A stretch of DNA of 64,000 nucleotides from Parasitella parasitica NRRL 2501 (Eukaryota; Fungi; Mucoromycota): positions 65,593-129,592 of the forward strand of contig MU619261.1 of assembly GCA_025201805.1 (NCBI GenBank), given 5' to 3'. Below, piece after piece: positions 14,078 to 27,925 of this stretch. The position numbers and the translations under genes were made by a program. How positions within the stretch are numbered: position 1 is the stretch's first letter; each line of letters opens with the position of its first letter. A model generated the notes under the pieces. The model saw only the letters and a list, made by a program, of their open reading frames with translations, made no database searches and had not been told where the DNA came from.

Positions 14078-15849
14078 TTATATAGCAGAAGGCTTGGTTG
14101 TAGCAGTTGGAGACGGTATTTGTTGACCTCTTTTGGCCAACATGGATCTTAATCTCAAAGTAGAGCCAGGACCACGCTGGCTAGGAGGTTTCAGCAATGA
14201 CTTTTTCGAGTTGTCAGGAGATGTGGCATTGTTGGTAGATGTAGCAGAGGAGCTAGTTGATGTGTCTGTGGCTGTAGTAAAAGTCGCAGCCGCTGCTGAT
14301 TGTGTTGGCGGCAAAGGAATATGTGATTGTCTCGTAGAAACTGATGATGGCGAGGCAGTTTTTAATGTTGCAGAGGGCCCCAACGATTTTTGATGCTGCT
14401 GTTGTTGCTCTTTTTGCTGAACAATGCAAGGCGTACGCACACGTGGCAAACCTATGCTGGCCTTGACTTGAGTCAGACGATGACCTGCTGATTGGCGGTT
14501 ATGCTTCTTGGTGATGGTTGCTGGCAGTGATGTTGCTGGCGCTTCTGTTGCCATAGGAATTACTTGAAATGATGCTAAAGAAGGCGTGTGGTCAGCAGAA
14601 GGAGCCATATCTACTACGGACACAGCAGAAGGTGTTCGACTATGTGTTGGTTTTTTGATTGCGCCGTCGTTTATCGGGCTACTTCTGATGGAAGATGCGC
14701 GGGTTTGTGCCGAGATAGAAGGTGCCAGAGCAACCCCAGCGCCTGCATTTATTTTCCCGTCATATGCTACTCGAGTAGAAGGTATTGGTAGCTTGTTGAT
14801 TTATCAGTATTAATATATCGATTTTGATACTACCAAATCTATGCCAAACTTACATTTCTCGCCAACAGATTATCCTCACGATCTAAAATAACAATAATAT
14901 CCTCGCCATTCACTAGCAATGGTGTATTTCTGGTGTAATTCATCCAAAGAGATACGCCTTCTCGAATTTTATCCCCGAGCTGTTGAATTTCATCCATATT
15001 ATTTCGTCTTCTTTGGCTCCTCATCAAGATGTTTCTTCGTTTCATATTGCTCTTTGCAGATAATGAGATCGTTTTAGCTATGTCCAGATCAACATAGGCC
15101 TTCTGCAGGACCTCAAAATCATCTGTATCGAATGCAAAAAAAAAAAAAAAAAAAATTGATATCTATGCAGTATTACATAATTCAGACTAAACACTCACCC
15201 GTTGTCCCAACATTCGAGAAGAATTTGCCAGAATCTAACTCCAAATCCCTGAGAAGATTATTTAGTTTTCTCAATATGTGCTTGGTATCCGGTTTATATC
15301 TGATGCGTGTAGTGAACAGCCGAGCATTACTCTAATGATAAGCAGTGTTACATGTAATATACCGTGTAAAAAGATGAGAAAATACAGTACGAGTCGCTTA
15401 GTTTCAACGCTTTCCATAGCGCTTCCACTGTTTGTGCTTGCAATAGAAGGCCGTCTCATCAAATTCTGCTTCATCTGTTGAGGATAGATGCTAGCAGCTG
15501 TTTTTATAGCTGAGTCAAGCGAAGCTTCTGCGTTGATGAGCAGACTTTCTTTGGAATTGTCGGCAGATAGGCCAAACTCTTTGAGCATAGCTTCAATTTG
15601 GGTGGTCGTAGATTCTACGGTTGTGATGGCTTGGTTTGTGAGCTCCAACTGAGCCAGCAGCTCATTCAGTTCAGCGGTTTTAAGAGTGAGAATAGAACGA
15701 AGGTTAATGATGGTTTGAGTTCCTTCGTCTAACTTTGCTAAAAGCATATTCACAGCATCGCCATTGCTGGTGGCTCCTATTGGAGAAGTTTCCGATAGCA
15801 TTTTGTTGCTGGCAGTAGCAGGTTGAGGATCGTAAGTCATGTCTATCAT
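14078..15849 (-). CDS. Hypothetical protein with N-terminal coiled coil and S/T/P-rich C-terminus, multi-exon
   Basis: Minus-strand ORFs 15271-15921, 14839-15045 and 14078-14623 can be joined by GT..AG introns; no recognised family. Confidence 0.65.
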
Positions 15850-16206
15850 TGTTTCTTCTGTGTTGCGATAAGAAAAAAAAATAAAAATAAAAAGAGCAAA
15901 AAGAGGTTGTGAATTTTCCAAGTGCTCTCAAGTGAGCGAATTATATTTTGCCCAAGAAGAAAAAAAAAAATGATCAGCAACAAACAAAAGCTACAGACTA
16001 AAACAAAGAGATTTTAGAATTAAATTTATATGAGAGTGTTGAATTTTTATTTAAATCAGAGTGTGTATATTGAGTGCATGTAATGGAGAAAGTTGTTGTT
16101 GTGTAGTATAAATGCATGTTTTGTTAAATATGAAATATCACTTTCAGAAGATGGAGGAAAGTGGCAGGGGACGAGCATGTATTCTATTTATTTTTTTAAG
16201 CATTAT

Positions 16207-18165
16207 TTACAACAACATTTTGAGAGGGTTCTCCATATATCCCTTGAAAGATTGCAACCAAGTGGCACCAACAGCACCGTCAACAACGCGGTGATCAGCA
16301 CTCAAAGTGACCTCCATGACATTGCGAACGGCGAATCCGCTTTCAGTGGTCTCATCAGCAACAACCTTCTGCTGAGCACCTCCAACAGCCAAAATACATG
16401 ATTGAGGAGGATTGATGATGGCAGTAAAGTTGCTAACACCAAACATGCCAAGGTTGGAAATGGTGAAAGAGCCGCCTTGGTATTCTTGAGGCGACAATTT
16501 GCCGTCGCGAGCACGAGTGGCCAAATCCTTGACTTGAGAAGAGATAGTAGACAAGCCCTTGGTTTCAGCAGCTGTGACAATGGGGGTGATGAGGCCAGCA
16601 GGAGTGGCAACAGCAACACAAATATCAGCAGACTTGTATTGTCTGATGAAATCTCCTTGCCAGGCAGCATTGACTTCAGGAACTGCCTTGAGGGCCAGGG
16701 CGGACGCCTTGACTACGAAATCATTGACAGAAAGCTTATATTTGCCTTCCGCAGACTTGTTGAGGACTTCACGCAACTTGCTAGTCTTGTCCATGTTAAT
16801 CTCAACAGTCAAGTAGTAGTGAGGAACTTGCTGCTTGGACTCGCTCAAGCGAGTTGCGATAATTTTCCTCATGCTGGTGGTAGGGATATCAGTGTAAGCT
16901 TCACCAGATGCACCTTGAGGGGCATAAGCGGCAGGGATTTGCACGGTAGTGGCAGCACTGGCAGCAGGGGAAGAGGCAGCGGGGGCTATTGTTTCGAAAA
17001 GAAATGGATTACCAATTGATATCCCATTGTTTTACATAATTCAGCTTACCCTTAAAGTTTTCAACATCTTCCTTTGAGATGATACCGCCGGGGCCGGAGC
17101 CCTTGACCTTGGAGATATCGAGACCACGCTCCTCAGCAATTTTCTAACGGAATAGATCAGTATTAATGCCGTCAAAATACACATATTTCGTGCGGTTAAC
17201 TTACTCTCGCAAGAGGGCTAGCTAAAACACGACCACCATGAGAGGGAGTAGCGGAAGATTCGCTCTTAGTAGATTCGACCACAGGAGAAGCGGTTTCCTC
17301 AGACTTGGCCTCAGACTTGGGGGCCTCTTCAGCAGCTGCAGGAGCAGGAGAATTGCCTTGAGCATCAGCAGCAGTAAAGTTTTCGAAAGCTGCAACATCA
17401 GCCTCATCATCAACAAAGATAGCAATGGGCTAATAAGCAAAAAAAAAATCAATCCCAATGTCTCCCGATTATTTCTCAAATGCAACTTACCTGGCCAACA
17501 GCAACATCCTTAGCACCAGTGTCTACCAAGACTTTAGCAAGGAAACCTTCTTCTTGACACTCAAAGTCCATTTGAGCTTTATCGGTCTCAATTTCTACCA
17601 AGACATCGCCAGGTTGGATCTCATCACCAACCTTCTTTTGCCAGGTACCGATACCACCAGAAGTCATACTAACATTCACGACAAGTCAGCTACTGTTACT
17701 GCCTTGCAATCTTAATCAACAACTTACGTAGGAGACAAAGCAGGCATGGCAATGACGTTGTGAGAAGGGAAGGCTGCAGCAAGAGGAGAGTCGTTTTAGT
17801 TTTCCGAATTCGGTTCCGAGTTACATGTAGCAAATCACACTTACAAGATGAGCTATAAAGTCTAGAGTCTTTTACAGAAACTTGGTTGCCCAATGTACGG
17901 AGAGCAATGAATCTGGGAGCACTATATCATAAGAGTCTTTAATTCAATACTCTTCAAACTAAAGCGAATTCAAAATTCGGGACAGGATTGAAAATTATCC
18001 CCACATTTTCTGGTCATATTCTTTTTTTTTTTTTTTTTCTTACCTTGATGAAGTGAAAGCGCGAGTAGCGGCATGCTTGACAAGAACAGGGGTGGTTCTA
18101 GTAGCTGTAATGCGAGCAGTGGAGGCAATTCCTCTCATAACTTGGCGTCTAATGGCAGCGGACAT
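16207..18165 (-). CDS. LAT1: Pyruvate dehydrogenase E2 (dihydrolipoamide acetyltransferase), mitochondrial
   Basis: Lipoyl domain ([19 protein letters not shown]), E3-binding ASPLAR and catalytic DHRVVDGA motifs; N-terminal mitochondrial presequence. Confidence 0.95.
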
Positions 18166-18855
18166 TGTCTGTAAATGTAGCAAAATAAATAAAGAGAAAA
18201 GTAGAAGAAACAAGGGGGAAAGTGAAAGAAGAGAAGATCAAAACAATAATTGAAGTTTTAAAGCTGGAAAACCCAGGATATCTCGGTTAAAATGGACCCC
18301 AAAACTGACGCTTTGGAAAGATCATTCGTGACTCCTTTAGCGGATCTTTTCGTATGCTAATGATTGTATTCCTGGAAGCATTTTGGCCCTAAAATACTTT
18401 TCTCAAGATGAAAAGCTTTTATGTTTTTCCTAATTTGTTTGATTCCAATTTATATATTCTGCTTGATCATTTCAAATCTGAGGACCCCTTATTCCCCGGA
18501 TTTATCTTTTCTTTCAGTGATTTTTGTTTTGTTCTTTCTGATCCAGAAAATTTTAGCATCTTGTCCCAAAATTTGGCTTGAGTTGAGAGCTCATTTTACG
18601 TCAATCTCTGCTGTTGCAGCATTCAATTTGGTCGTTTGACAAATGATTTCATGAAATCTGGAAACTGTGCTCGAGTTCCCATTGGCCATGGGCAAAGGAA
18701 GACCTTTGATGCAGCGCACTTGAGAGTGATGACGTCTAGTGAAGGGAGATGTTGAAGCCTAATTTCGGTTTCCCCTGTTGAAATATATTATTTTTATTTC
18801 ATCCAAACCTTTCTCCACCTTTTTTATTCCTTCAACCTAATAAAATACATTAAAA

Positions 18856-19122
18856 ATGGCAGGTCACTACGTTATCGCTGGTAAAACAATCCCCAACCAC
18901 AAGGTAATAGCTTATCCAACATATGATGTAAACCAATCACTCACATATTCGCAGATTGCCATGTTCTTCATTGGCGGTTATGCTGCTCTTGGAGCAGCTG
19001 CCATCTTGAAGCCCAAGGCTCCTCAAGCTGCCACTCCTCCTATTCAAGCCAGCTCTTCTGATGAAGAAGCTTTCATCCGCGAATTCCTCCAAAAGGCCGA
19101 GGCTGACGAGAAGAAGAACTAA
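18856..19122 (+). CDS. ATP19: ATP synthase subunit k, with a 51-bp in-frame intron (18904-18954)
   Basis: MAGHYVIAGKTIPNHK..PPIQASSSDEEAFIREFL matches the Atp19 family pattern. Confidence 0.85.
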   Translation: MAGHYVIAGKTIPNHKVIAYPTYDVNQSLTYSQIAMFFIGGYAALGAAAILKPKAPQAATPPIQASSSDEEAFIREFLQKAEADEKKN

Positions 19123-20858
19123 ATTTATTTTTCCCAAGTAAAAATAAAACAAATGAACGCTATACACTTCAGCAATACTATATATACGTATACACAATCA
19201 ATCGCTCGGTATAAGATTTCGTTTTCAATGGAGTTCGACATTAACTGTAGTAATGTAGTTTAGGATTTATAATTATGTCTTGACATTTCTTAGGGGGGTT
19301 GTATTTGAGTTACTAGCATAGGTCATGGCAATTGACGGGGTATGCTCGAAATTTCTCGAGTATAATGCAAGCGCAACTTTATTTGTGTCAGATATGTGCA
19401 TTTTGACATTTGATTGCTAGATTATGTTGATTGTAATAATGTCACATTTTTTATTTGGACCCGCTTAAAGTGTCGTGTTGATCAAATAAATGTAATGTAC
19501 GCACGTATTATCAGATGGAGCATTATCTTTAGGATGTCATTTATCCAACAAATCACTTTTCTCTTCATTGTGGCTACAATTACCAATTAGGTACTATTTC
19601 AAGCCCTTCTGCTTTCGATCTTGAACATTTACAGTTTATCATGAAAAAAAAAGCTCGAATTCAACGCTTTTTGGGCATCATTTTTTTTCGCTCACTCAGT
19701 TTGCTAACATTAGCATGATAATCCTACGAAAAATGAACACTTTTAACGAAATAAAGAGCATTCAATGTATTACATAATCAAATAGAAATCTGTGTCGATT
19801 CAGTCTGTAATTGACAAAAAAAAAAATATGTCGACTATGGTCCCAAAAACTAGCAATTGTCTTTTCAAGAAAAAAATTGCTTACAATCCTGAAAATCAGA
19901 CAGTCTAAAGTATGCCAAACAAAGAGAAATACTGAGAACAAAGAAGGAGTATGGCATGACAGTAATTTCCAGCTTTTCATATATACCCGATGTCTCCAAG
20001 GTCATACATTCATTAAATTACTGCCAGTTAATAATATTCATACATCAAAAAAGCAAACTCGCCCCACTGCTTTGTACGACATTCGAATAATCTTTGATAA
20101 TTTGGTACATTGTTGAACATTTTACTTGAAATCAGCTGGTGTGTATGCGGAATGGGCACGATTTATTTAATTTTTAAGAACGCAAAAATGAAGATCATGC
20201 GATTAAACTGGTTGATTATTTTCCAGGGGCCGTTAAGCAGGATGATAAGAATTATTTGACATATTGTATATGCCAAAGTAATGGAACATCATCAGACATT
20301 TCTTAATATTGAGAGATGTATCATACTATAAACGCCACTTTGAAGTAAATCGAGGCCCTTCTCCTACTGCGGCTTTCGTAAAACAGTGTGTATGTTGGTC
20401 TTTCTACGTACAAATGAAGTTAATATATTTATATACACATAATTTTTGACTTTGCTATGTGATGATGAAAGGTGGTGGAACATGCATTTATGGAAGCACA
20501 ATTGATTTATCTACATGAGCATATGTATATGGCGGCAGAAATGCATTTAGCTTCCCTTTGGGTTCTGTTCATTTGAAAGCAAGAAACTCTTAATTTAATG
20601 GCTCAGTAATGGCGCTGTTCCGGTACCTTGATTCACAAGGTGAAAACGAAGAAGCTCACCCTTATGATCATGAGCAAAATTTGATGGATCCAGTGTCGCT
20701 TTCTGTTTTAACCATGTGATGGTATAGTTTCGACATGAAGCTCCTTTTCACTTCCTTTAAAAAGGCAACAAAATACTCTTAACTTCTCAAGTTTTAAGCT
20801 TGATATTCAGTTAACCCTTTCCTTAGAACCACATATACTTTTTTCATTCACAACTCAT

Positions 20859-21488
20859 ATGAATTTCTTTATTTACATCCCTCTTTTTGCACTTGCAGTT
20901 GCACATCTTATTAATGTCACCAATGCATTCGAAATCCGTGGTCGCGGCATTGCCACCATTATGGAATTCAATACTAGTCCTAATATTAGCCCTGCTGGAG
21001 TTTTGCAAAGACGCGGTCGTGGTACTTGGTAAATTTCTAGTTTACTCAAAGCAGTAGGACTTCACTGACAGTAACATTGGTTATATTAGGTACGACGGCG
21101 ATGATTTGGGGGACGCTGCTTGCTATGGACGTAATGGTCTTCCCTCATTCGATGCCAAAGAATCCCATATGATTGGGGCTATGGTAAGAAGTATACTGTG
21201 TTTACAAGCATCTGTTAACCATATCCATAGGCAATGAACGGGTTTGAAAACTGCTATAAATGTATGAAGATTACGAACAACAAGGACAAAAAAAAGACCG
21301 TTGTTGTCAAGATTGTTGACAAGTGTGCCGGTTGCCAGGTTGGGAAGGCAATTGACTTGACTCCTGCTGCATTCAAGAAACTTCATAGTGATCTTAACAC
21401 AGGTGTTCTTGACATCTCTTGGAAAATCGTCGATTGTCCTAGTAGTATCAACAACATGATGCCTAAAAAAAAATCCAAGGAAGACTGA
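20859..21488 (+). CDS. Secreted RlpA-like double-psi beta-barrel (expansin/loosenin-like) protein, paralog 1
   Basis: Signal peptide, dibasic site, GRGTW|YDG..AACY, VKIVDKCAGC..AIDLTPAAF; two introns. Confidence 0.88.
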
Positions 21489-22463
21489 GCTTTTCAGTAA
21501 ATCAGACTTGAAATGTTTTTAGATAACCCAAATAAATAAAATAAAGCATATTTATACTTGCCATGTACTTCTATTGTTGTTTTTTCTCAAACTACGCTTG
21601 TTATGATTTTCTTTGCTAATGATAACACCATAAATATGAATTGACTGTATTTTTGGCTTATATGATATTGTAGGAAGAGTGCAGATATGGAATATTATTA
21701 AATAAGCCATTTATGCTATTTTATTAATTTTTTCATTGACTTGCTTGGTTTTCAGCAAAACCAGATTCGCAATAATTTCTCAATTGATCCATTTTGAAGG
21801 AATGCCCAACTGCTTACTCTAAATACTATCCGTCTTTTTTATCATCTTACGAGTACTGGCAAATAAGAGACGTATCAAGTCATTTCGAAGCAAAGAAAGA
21901 ACCGGTAGAATAAGCACATTACTATCCTTTAATGGTCAAATTCTAGACCTTTACTTTCCTACGGTTATTGGATGTGAAGTAATATTTTAGTACAGTCATG
22001 CTGTTTAAGGTTTCTAGTTCCACAGACTTCCTCACCTTAACATTAATGAAGCATTATGTTATACATTTGCATTTATACGATGGCTAAATTTGTGAAAACC
22101 TCAATATATGAGAGAATACATTACCCATTTCTTAAAGTATTCATTTTCTTGTTGCATTTGTATAGAAAAAAAAATGAGTAACTCATTGTGTTTATTGGTT
22201 CACAGTGAACATAGTTTCTAGGCCTTCACTTTGCAAGGTAAAAATCAATTTAGTAGTTCTTTATGATCATCAGCAAAGTATGATAGCTTCATTGTCGTTT
22301 TTAAACCTTGTGATAGTGTAATCTCTGTATGAGGGTCCCATTTTCATCTCTCTTGTTAAAAGGCGAAGATAATCGCCTGTTTTCATGTGTTTTCTTGATT
22401 TTACAATCTTGATATTTTTCAACCATTTTAAAGCCTTATAAACTTTTCTCATCCACATTTTAA

Positions 22464-23090
22464 ATGAAGTGTTTTGTTTATATGTCTCTCTGTGCATTTT
22501 TAATTGCATTGCTCATTACTAACACCAAAGCGTTCAACATTCGTGGCCATGGTGTTGCCACTGTTATGAAATTCGATAATTCTGCTGTCACTAGCGCTTT
22601 AGAAAAACGTGGCGGCGGCCGTGGTACCTGGTAAAATCAGCTTGTCTCTCAACACATTATATTCCTCCTTAACAGCATTTTTCGATTTTAATGTATTGCT
22701 AGGTACACCGGTGGTGACTTGAAGAACGCGGCTTGTTTTGGCCGTAAAGGTCGCCCTGATTTTACCCCTAAAGCTTCAGATATGATTGGGGCTATGGTAA
22801 ATGAGATATCTTGTACCAATAAGCATTGTCTAACATGAGATCTATAGAAAATGCACGGATTCGAAAACTGTGACAAATGTATGAAGGTTACCAACACCGA
22901 GAACAAAAACACTGTTATTGTCAAGATTGTTGATAAATGTGCTGGCTGCGATAACAATAGCGCAATCGATTTAACTCCTGCTGCATTCAAAAAGCTTGAA
23001 AAAGACCTCGGTGAGGGTGTTCTTAAAATCTCCTGGAAGGTTGTCGATTGTCCTAGTAACATTGAAGATATTGGGCCTAATGATGATTAA
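22464..23090 (+). CDS. RlpA-like/expansin-like protein, paralog 2
   Basis: Same exon structure and motifs (LEKR, GRGTW, VDKCAGC, AIDLTPAAF). Confidence 0.88.
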
Positions 23091-24018
23091 GCGGATACAC
23101 ACTAAAATATGCCTAGATGGTACACTTTCTTACCTCACTAATCTAATATAATAGTCTTTTTCTTTCGTATATGCTTGAATAAATGACAATAAAAGCTTTT
23201 AGAAACTCATTTCATAATATCCTGATAGTTCTAGAGGCATTCAACAAAAAAGTAATACATATCAGCAAACGGATGTACCCCTTGTAAAATACAGTTTCAT
23301 TCAAATTGATCAAAGTCTTCAATTCATAATGATCCGCTATCTTTTTTAACTGTTTTTAGGCAAATATGCTGTCCTGGCATAAGTATATAAATTTCAATCT
23401 GTTGTTTACTTGCTCTTCGCTATTGGAAATCATTACGCATGATTAATATCTGGATTACATAAATAACTTTAGAGACCTGATGTTATCAAGAATAACAATC
23501 TTCATCACCTTGGCTTGATTGTAGAATTAATAAAGAATAAATTTCCAGAGATCATCCCCAAAATATCTACAATTATTCTATAATTAATCTCTTTTTAGGT
23601 ATGATTCTATAAGCTTCTTGATACCAGGACATCTATTAGTGTTACTCTTTACTTCTATCAGTTTATAAGAAGTTAATTCATACATGGGCATATAGTAGCT
23701 TAAATACGTCAACTAAATTCTTTAGTGTTGTTTGTTTGAGCAACTGTTGCATTTTGCTTTTCTAAATATGGATAAAAAACAAGCTGTTGTTCATTGTGAG
23801 TTCAGTGTTTAATCAACAGTTCATTGTAATCATCAGCAACAAACTATTCACGGTTTCATTGTGTCCATTGTTTTGGGCATGGTGGTAACACAACAGGAAT
23901 ATCATTTTTGTTAAAAGGCAAGTACAATTTTTCGTCTTCTTCTTTTCTTGACCTTTAATCTTGTTCTTCAACTAATCTTTTCATCAAAGCCCAATCCATT
24001 CCTTAATTCACATCTCAA

Positions 24019-24723
24019 ATGAAGTTTGTTACTTGTATCTCTCTTTGTACACTTGTAATTTTATCTCTTGTTAAAGCTTCAAAGGCATTTGATATGCATG
24101 ACCCTAATGACGCCACTGCATACTTGAATCTTACTGATATCAATACTGGTATTTTGGAAAAGCGTTATAAAAGACCAGAGTTTCGCGGTACCTGGTAAAA
24201 TCAAGTTTCATGAAATCATTGGAACCTTTGCTGACACATTTTTGGTTTTATTAGGTACGACGGCGAGGATTTAAGGAACGCTGCTTGCTATGAACGTAAT
24301 GGTCTTCCACAATTCCATGCTAAAGACTCTTATATGATTGGTGCTATGGTAAGGGAATCTTGTAGGAGCTACATTTATAAAAATTCACTAACCCGATACT
24401 CATAGAAAATGCACAAGTTTGAAAACTGCTACAAATGCATGAAAATTACTAACAAAAAGAACAAGAAGTCCATTGTTGTCAAGATTGTTGACCATTGCGC
24501 TGGCTGTATAGTCGGTAAAGACATCGATTTGACCAAGACAGCATTCAGAAAGCTTGAAAGCAATTTAGATGTTGGTGAGCTTGACCTCTCCTGGAAGGTT
24601 ACCGATTGTCCCAGTGATATCTATCCTCAAATGGGCCCTCATAAAGACTCTGGAAAGTCCAAAAAGCCCAATAAATCTCACAAATCCAAGAAATCGAACA
24701 AAGCTCACAAGTCGAAAAAGTAG
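24019..24723 (+). CDS. RlpA-like/expansin-like protein, paralog 3, with Lys-rich tail
   Basis: Same exon structure; VDHCAGC..DIDLTKTAF; tail KSKKPNKSHKSKKSNKAHKSKK. Confidence 0.88.
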
Positions 24724-25218
24724 AAGCCAAAAATTCAAAAAAAGGCCCTTAAAAAAAAAGCTCTAGAGAATCCAGAAAGCATCAAGCACTTCATGCTTCC
24801 CATGTTCATAAACTTATTAATAGCTTTCTTTTCGTAAATACTCTGTATCATTTTTTTTTTCATTTGAATAAATAACATGTAAAAAGTACTTTTTCATTAT
24901 TAATGATTTACACTCGGCCTTGGCAATCCTACTTGTTAATATTTTCATAGGCTTTATAAATCCGTATGGCCTTAACATAAGAAAAGCCTAGTAGTATATG
25001 ATTCATTGTGCTATGTCTGTTATAAATTATGTGACGATAATTTGAGACAATAACAAATTAAATAATTTCATTGTGCAAAAATTCACTTTATGTTTGCGTG
25101 TTTTTCTTCGAGTATCGTTCATGAGTTTTGCTATTTATATCTTTGTACCATTACGCATATTTATTGGTGTATTTATTCATACCCATATTAATAATTTAGC
25201 CCTTTTGACACCATAATA

Positions 25219-26896
25219 CAGTCGTTACGGAAATCATTGTCGTTCTTTTTTCAGAAAATTGTCGTTCTTTTAAAAATACATTGTCGCTGATTGAATATAA
25301 ATTGTCGTTTTATAATTTTGATTTGTCGTTATGAGTTGGTTAAATTGTCGTTTTAAGAAAGGTTATATTGTCGTTTTTGTTTCTGCCTTTTACTGGATCG
25401 TATTTTTCTTTTATTCAAATTACAATGTCAAGTGTTTTTTATTATGAAGATGGACAAGATAACCTTTACGATGAGAATGGGATGAAAGTAGATGATCCCA
25501 TGGAAGATGTCCTGACTGAAGTCAATGACCCCAACATTGTCTTGGAAACACTAACTAATCAGAATACGTACTTTGATCAAAAGCCTCTCGAGAAGCTAGT
25601 TGTAGACAAAGTAACAAATGGTGTTAAATCAGAAAAACGTACAACTACAGTCTCCGTTTACACGAATTATAGCGATAAAGAAAGAGAACAGTTTATTGAT
25701 AAAATGATTGAGTGTGCACAAGAAAAGGGAGTATGGGAATTAATGTTCGAAATGCACAAAGATGGTGGAAACAGTACAGAGAAGACGGCACCATGCCATA
25801 CAAAAAAAACAGTGAAATGAAAGGTCGTCCTAGTACTTTTACCGAGGAGCATGATAGTTTCCTCATCAAATTGATAGACAACGATCCCCAAATCATTGTC
25901 AGTGATATTATGGAGATGTTGATTGTAGAATTTGAGGGTTTCAGCATTTCTAACTCTCAACTTAACCATCATTTGAAAAATGATTTATGCCTTACCATGA
26001 AGAAAGCTACCCTCGAAGCAGAAGCAAGAAATTCACCAGAAAACTTGCAGGAAAGATTCGATTGGTTTATGAAATGGAAAGACTCTGATCTCGACTTCAC
26101 AAGAAATTGTGTCTTCATAGATGAGGCCGGCTTTCATGTGAATATGCGATTTAATTATGCAAGATCTGCTGCTGGAACTCGTGCCCGTGTTAAAACCGAA
26201 AAAACTAGAACACCTTCGCATACAATCATTGGTGCCATTCACTCAGGCAGTGTCCTTCTTGTTCAGTTAAGAAAACCTCCTTCTAAGAAGGAACTACTGG
26301 GTCAACAAACCCCTAAAAAGCGGAAAACAACTATTAAAGGGGTAAAGAGAGCTGCCTCACCACCACCAGAGGATAAAGCTAATCCCCCTAAAGGTACTAC
26401 TACCGCTCACTTCATTAAGTTTATAAACGAGTTACTTGATGTAATGGACTTGGATGAGAAGTTAAAAGGATGTTATCTGGTACTAGACAACGCATCAACT
26501 CATAAATCGCAGCCGATGAAGCGGAAGATTGAGAAGAGAGGATACAAATTGATGCATTTACCGCCCTATTCACCAGAGCTAAATCCTATAGAGCAATTTT
26601 GGGCTTTAGTTAAGAGAAAACTTAAACGAGATCGTATGATGAGTGAAGAGAACCTATCCAGTAGAATTGCCGATGCATGTAATCAAGTTTTGATTAGTGA
26701 CCTTTACGGTTTCGCTAATCACTCTAAACATCAAATTAGAAATTGTTTTAATAAAACCCCTATGTAATCGTTCCATCTGCTGTTTTTTTTAGAGATATAC
26801 TGTTGTCATCAAAGTTAAAAATTAAGACGAAAATACAGATAACTAAAAATGACAATATAACCTTTCTTAAAACGACAATGACTTCCGTAACGACTG
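25219..26896 (+). mobile_element. Tc1/IS630-family DNA transposon, copy A (26-bp TIRs, TA TSD)
   Basis: TIR CAGTCGTTACGGAAATCATTGTCGTT and its inverted copy ending at 26896 (1 mismatch); TA on both sides; DD34E transposase inside. Confidence 0.95.
25425..26767 (+). pseudogene. Tc1/IS630 DD34E transposase, frameshifted near 25730
   Basis: VFIDEAGF, LVLDNASTHK and PPYSPELNPIEQFW (34 residues between D and E). The N-terminal ORF (MSSVFYYEDGQ..IECAQEKG) and the HTH/catalytic ORF (SMGINVRNAQRWWK..) are in different frames. Confidence 0.85.
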
Positions 26897-27688
26897 TATT
26901 CGCACAAAAAAAAAAAAAATTGGGTCAAAATTTGAGAACCAATTCGCGCACGCCTGGAACAAAAATGAACCATATCGTAAAGTTGGTGAGATTCCAGAGT
27001 AACAAATATACAAACCAAAGATCCGGTGCTGATGTTTATGTGGAGCTTACAGCAATGTTTGTTCTTTAACATATTATTAATTAGAACGGAGTGTACAGCT
27101 AAAAAATCGCCTTTTTTGGATTTCGAATCTCCTAATTTGATTGATTCAAGCTATTTCGCCCGACTTTCAACATGATTTATTCTGTTGAAAGAGTTCTTAT
27201 TTCAAATCAAAATACACGACCATTTATTTCACGCTTTGTTGCTTACGCGCATATTTTTTTTATAGTTTTCTAAAACTTCTATATATTTTTAATTAGTTTT
27301 TGAAAATGAGATATACTTGATTTAACGCCGACTTCTCAAAAATTCGAAACTTGAATGGGAATTACAAAACCAAACAAAGCATTTATACACTCTATTCCTC
27401 GCTGGATTGTGTTTATTTTGCCGTGTTCTTGTCACCGATATAGATTTTATAAAATCAATATACAACAAAAAAATGTGCTCTTCGATAATAAATCAATAAG
27501 GTCTTATTTATTTTATTATAATGATATTTATATCACCCCAGCGCTAGCATTGATAGTCCTTGTACTAGTAAGAGTTTAATATCACTAAGCTTTTTCCGCT
27601 TGACTTTGATTTTATAGTAGCCCAAATCTGTCCAATGAAATTGAGTCTGGAGTATTAGGAGAAAGGAGCAATTAATAAAAATTAATAG

Positions 27689-27925
27689 AGAAGGGCCCAG
27701 AAACAGACGCTTACATGGTACCAACAGAGGAGTTGCACACTGCACACTGCTAGATTCCTTCTGCTCAAATAAAAAAAAAATAGTAATGATGAATAGAAAA
27801 AGATGAAGAGAAGAAGGGCCCAGAAACAGACGCTTACATGGTACCAACAGAGGAGTTGCACACTGCACACTGTTAGATTCCTTCTGCTCAAATAAAAAAA
27901 AAATAGTAATGATGAATAGAAAAAG
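27689..27925. repeat. Tandem duplication with 123-bp period, followed by an (AAT)n microsatellite (~27934-27961)
   Basis: AGAAGGGCCCAGAAACAGACGC.. at 27689 and at 27812, near identical. Confidence 0.92.

Noticed and set aside
16402-17019. 205-aa + strand ORF
   Set aside because: Antisense shadow of the codon-biased LAT1 exon.
25237-25375. Regularly spaced short repeats as a CRISPR-like array
   Set aside because: The repeats are only 6-8 bp, lie in a eukaryotic transposon end, and have no cas genes; better explained as transposase-binding sites.
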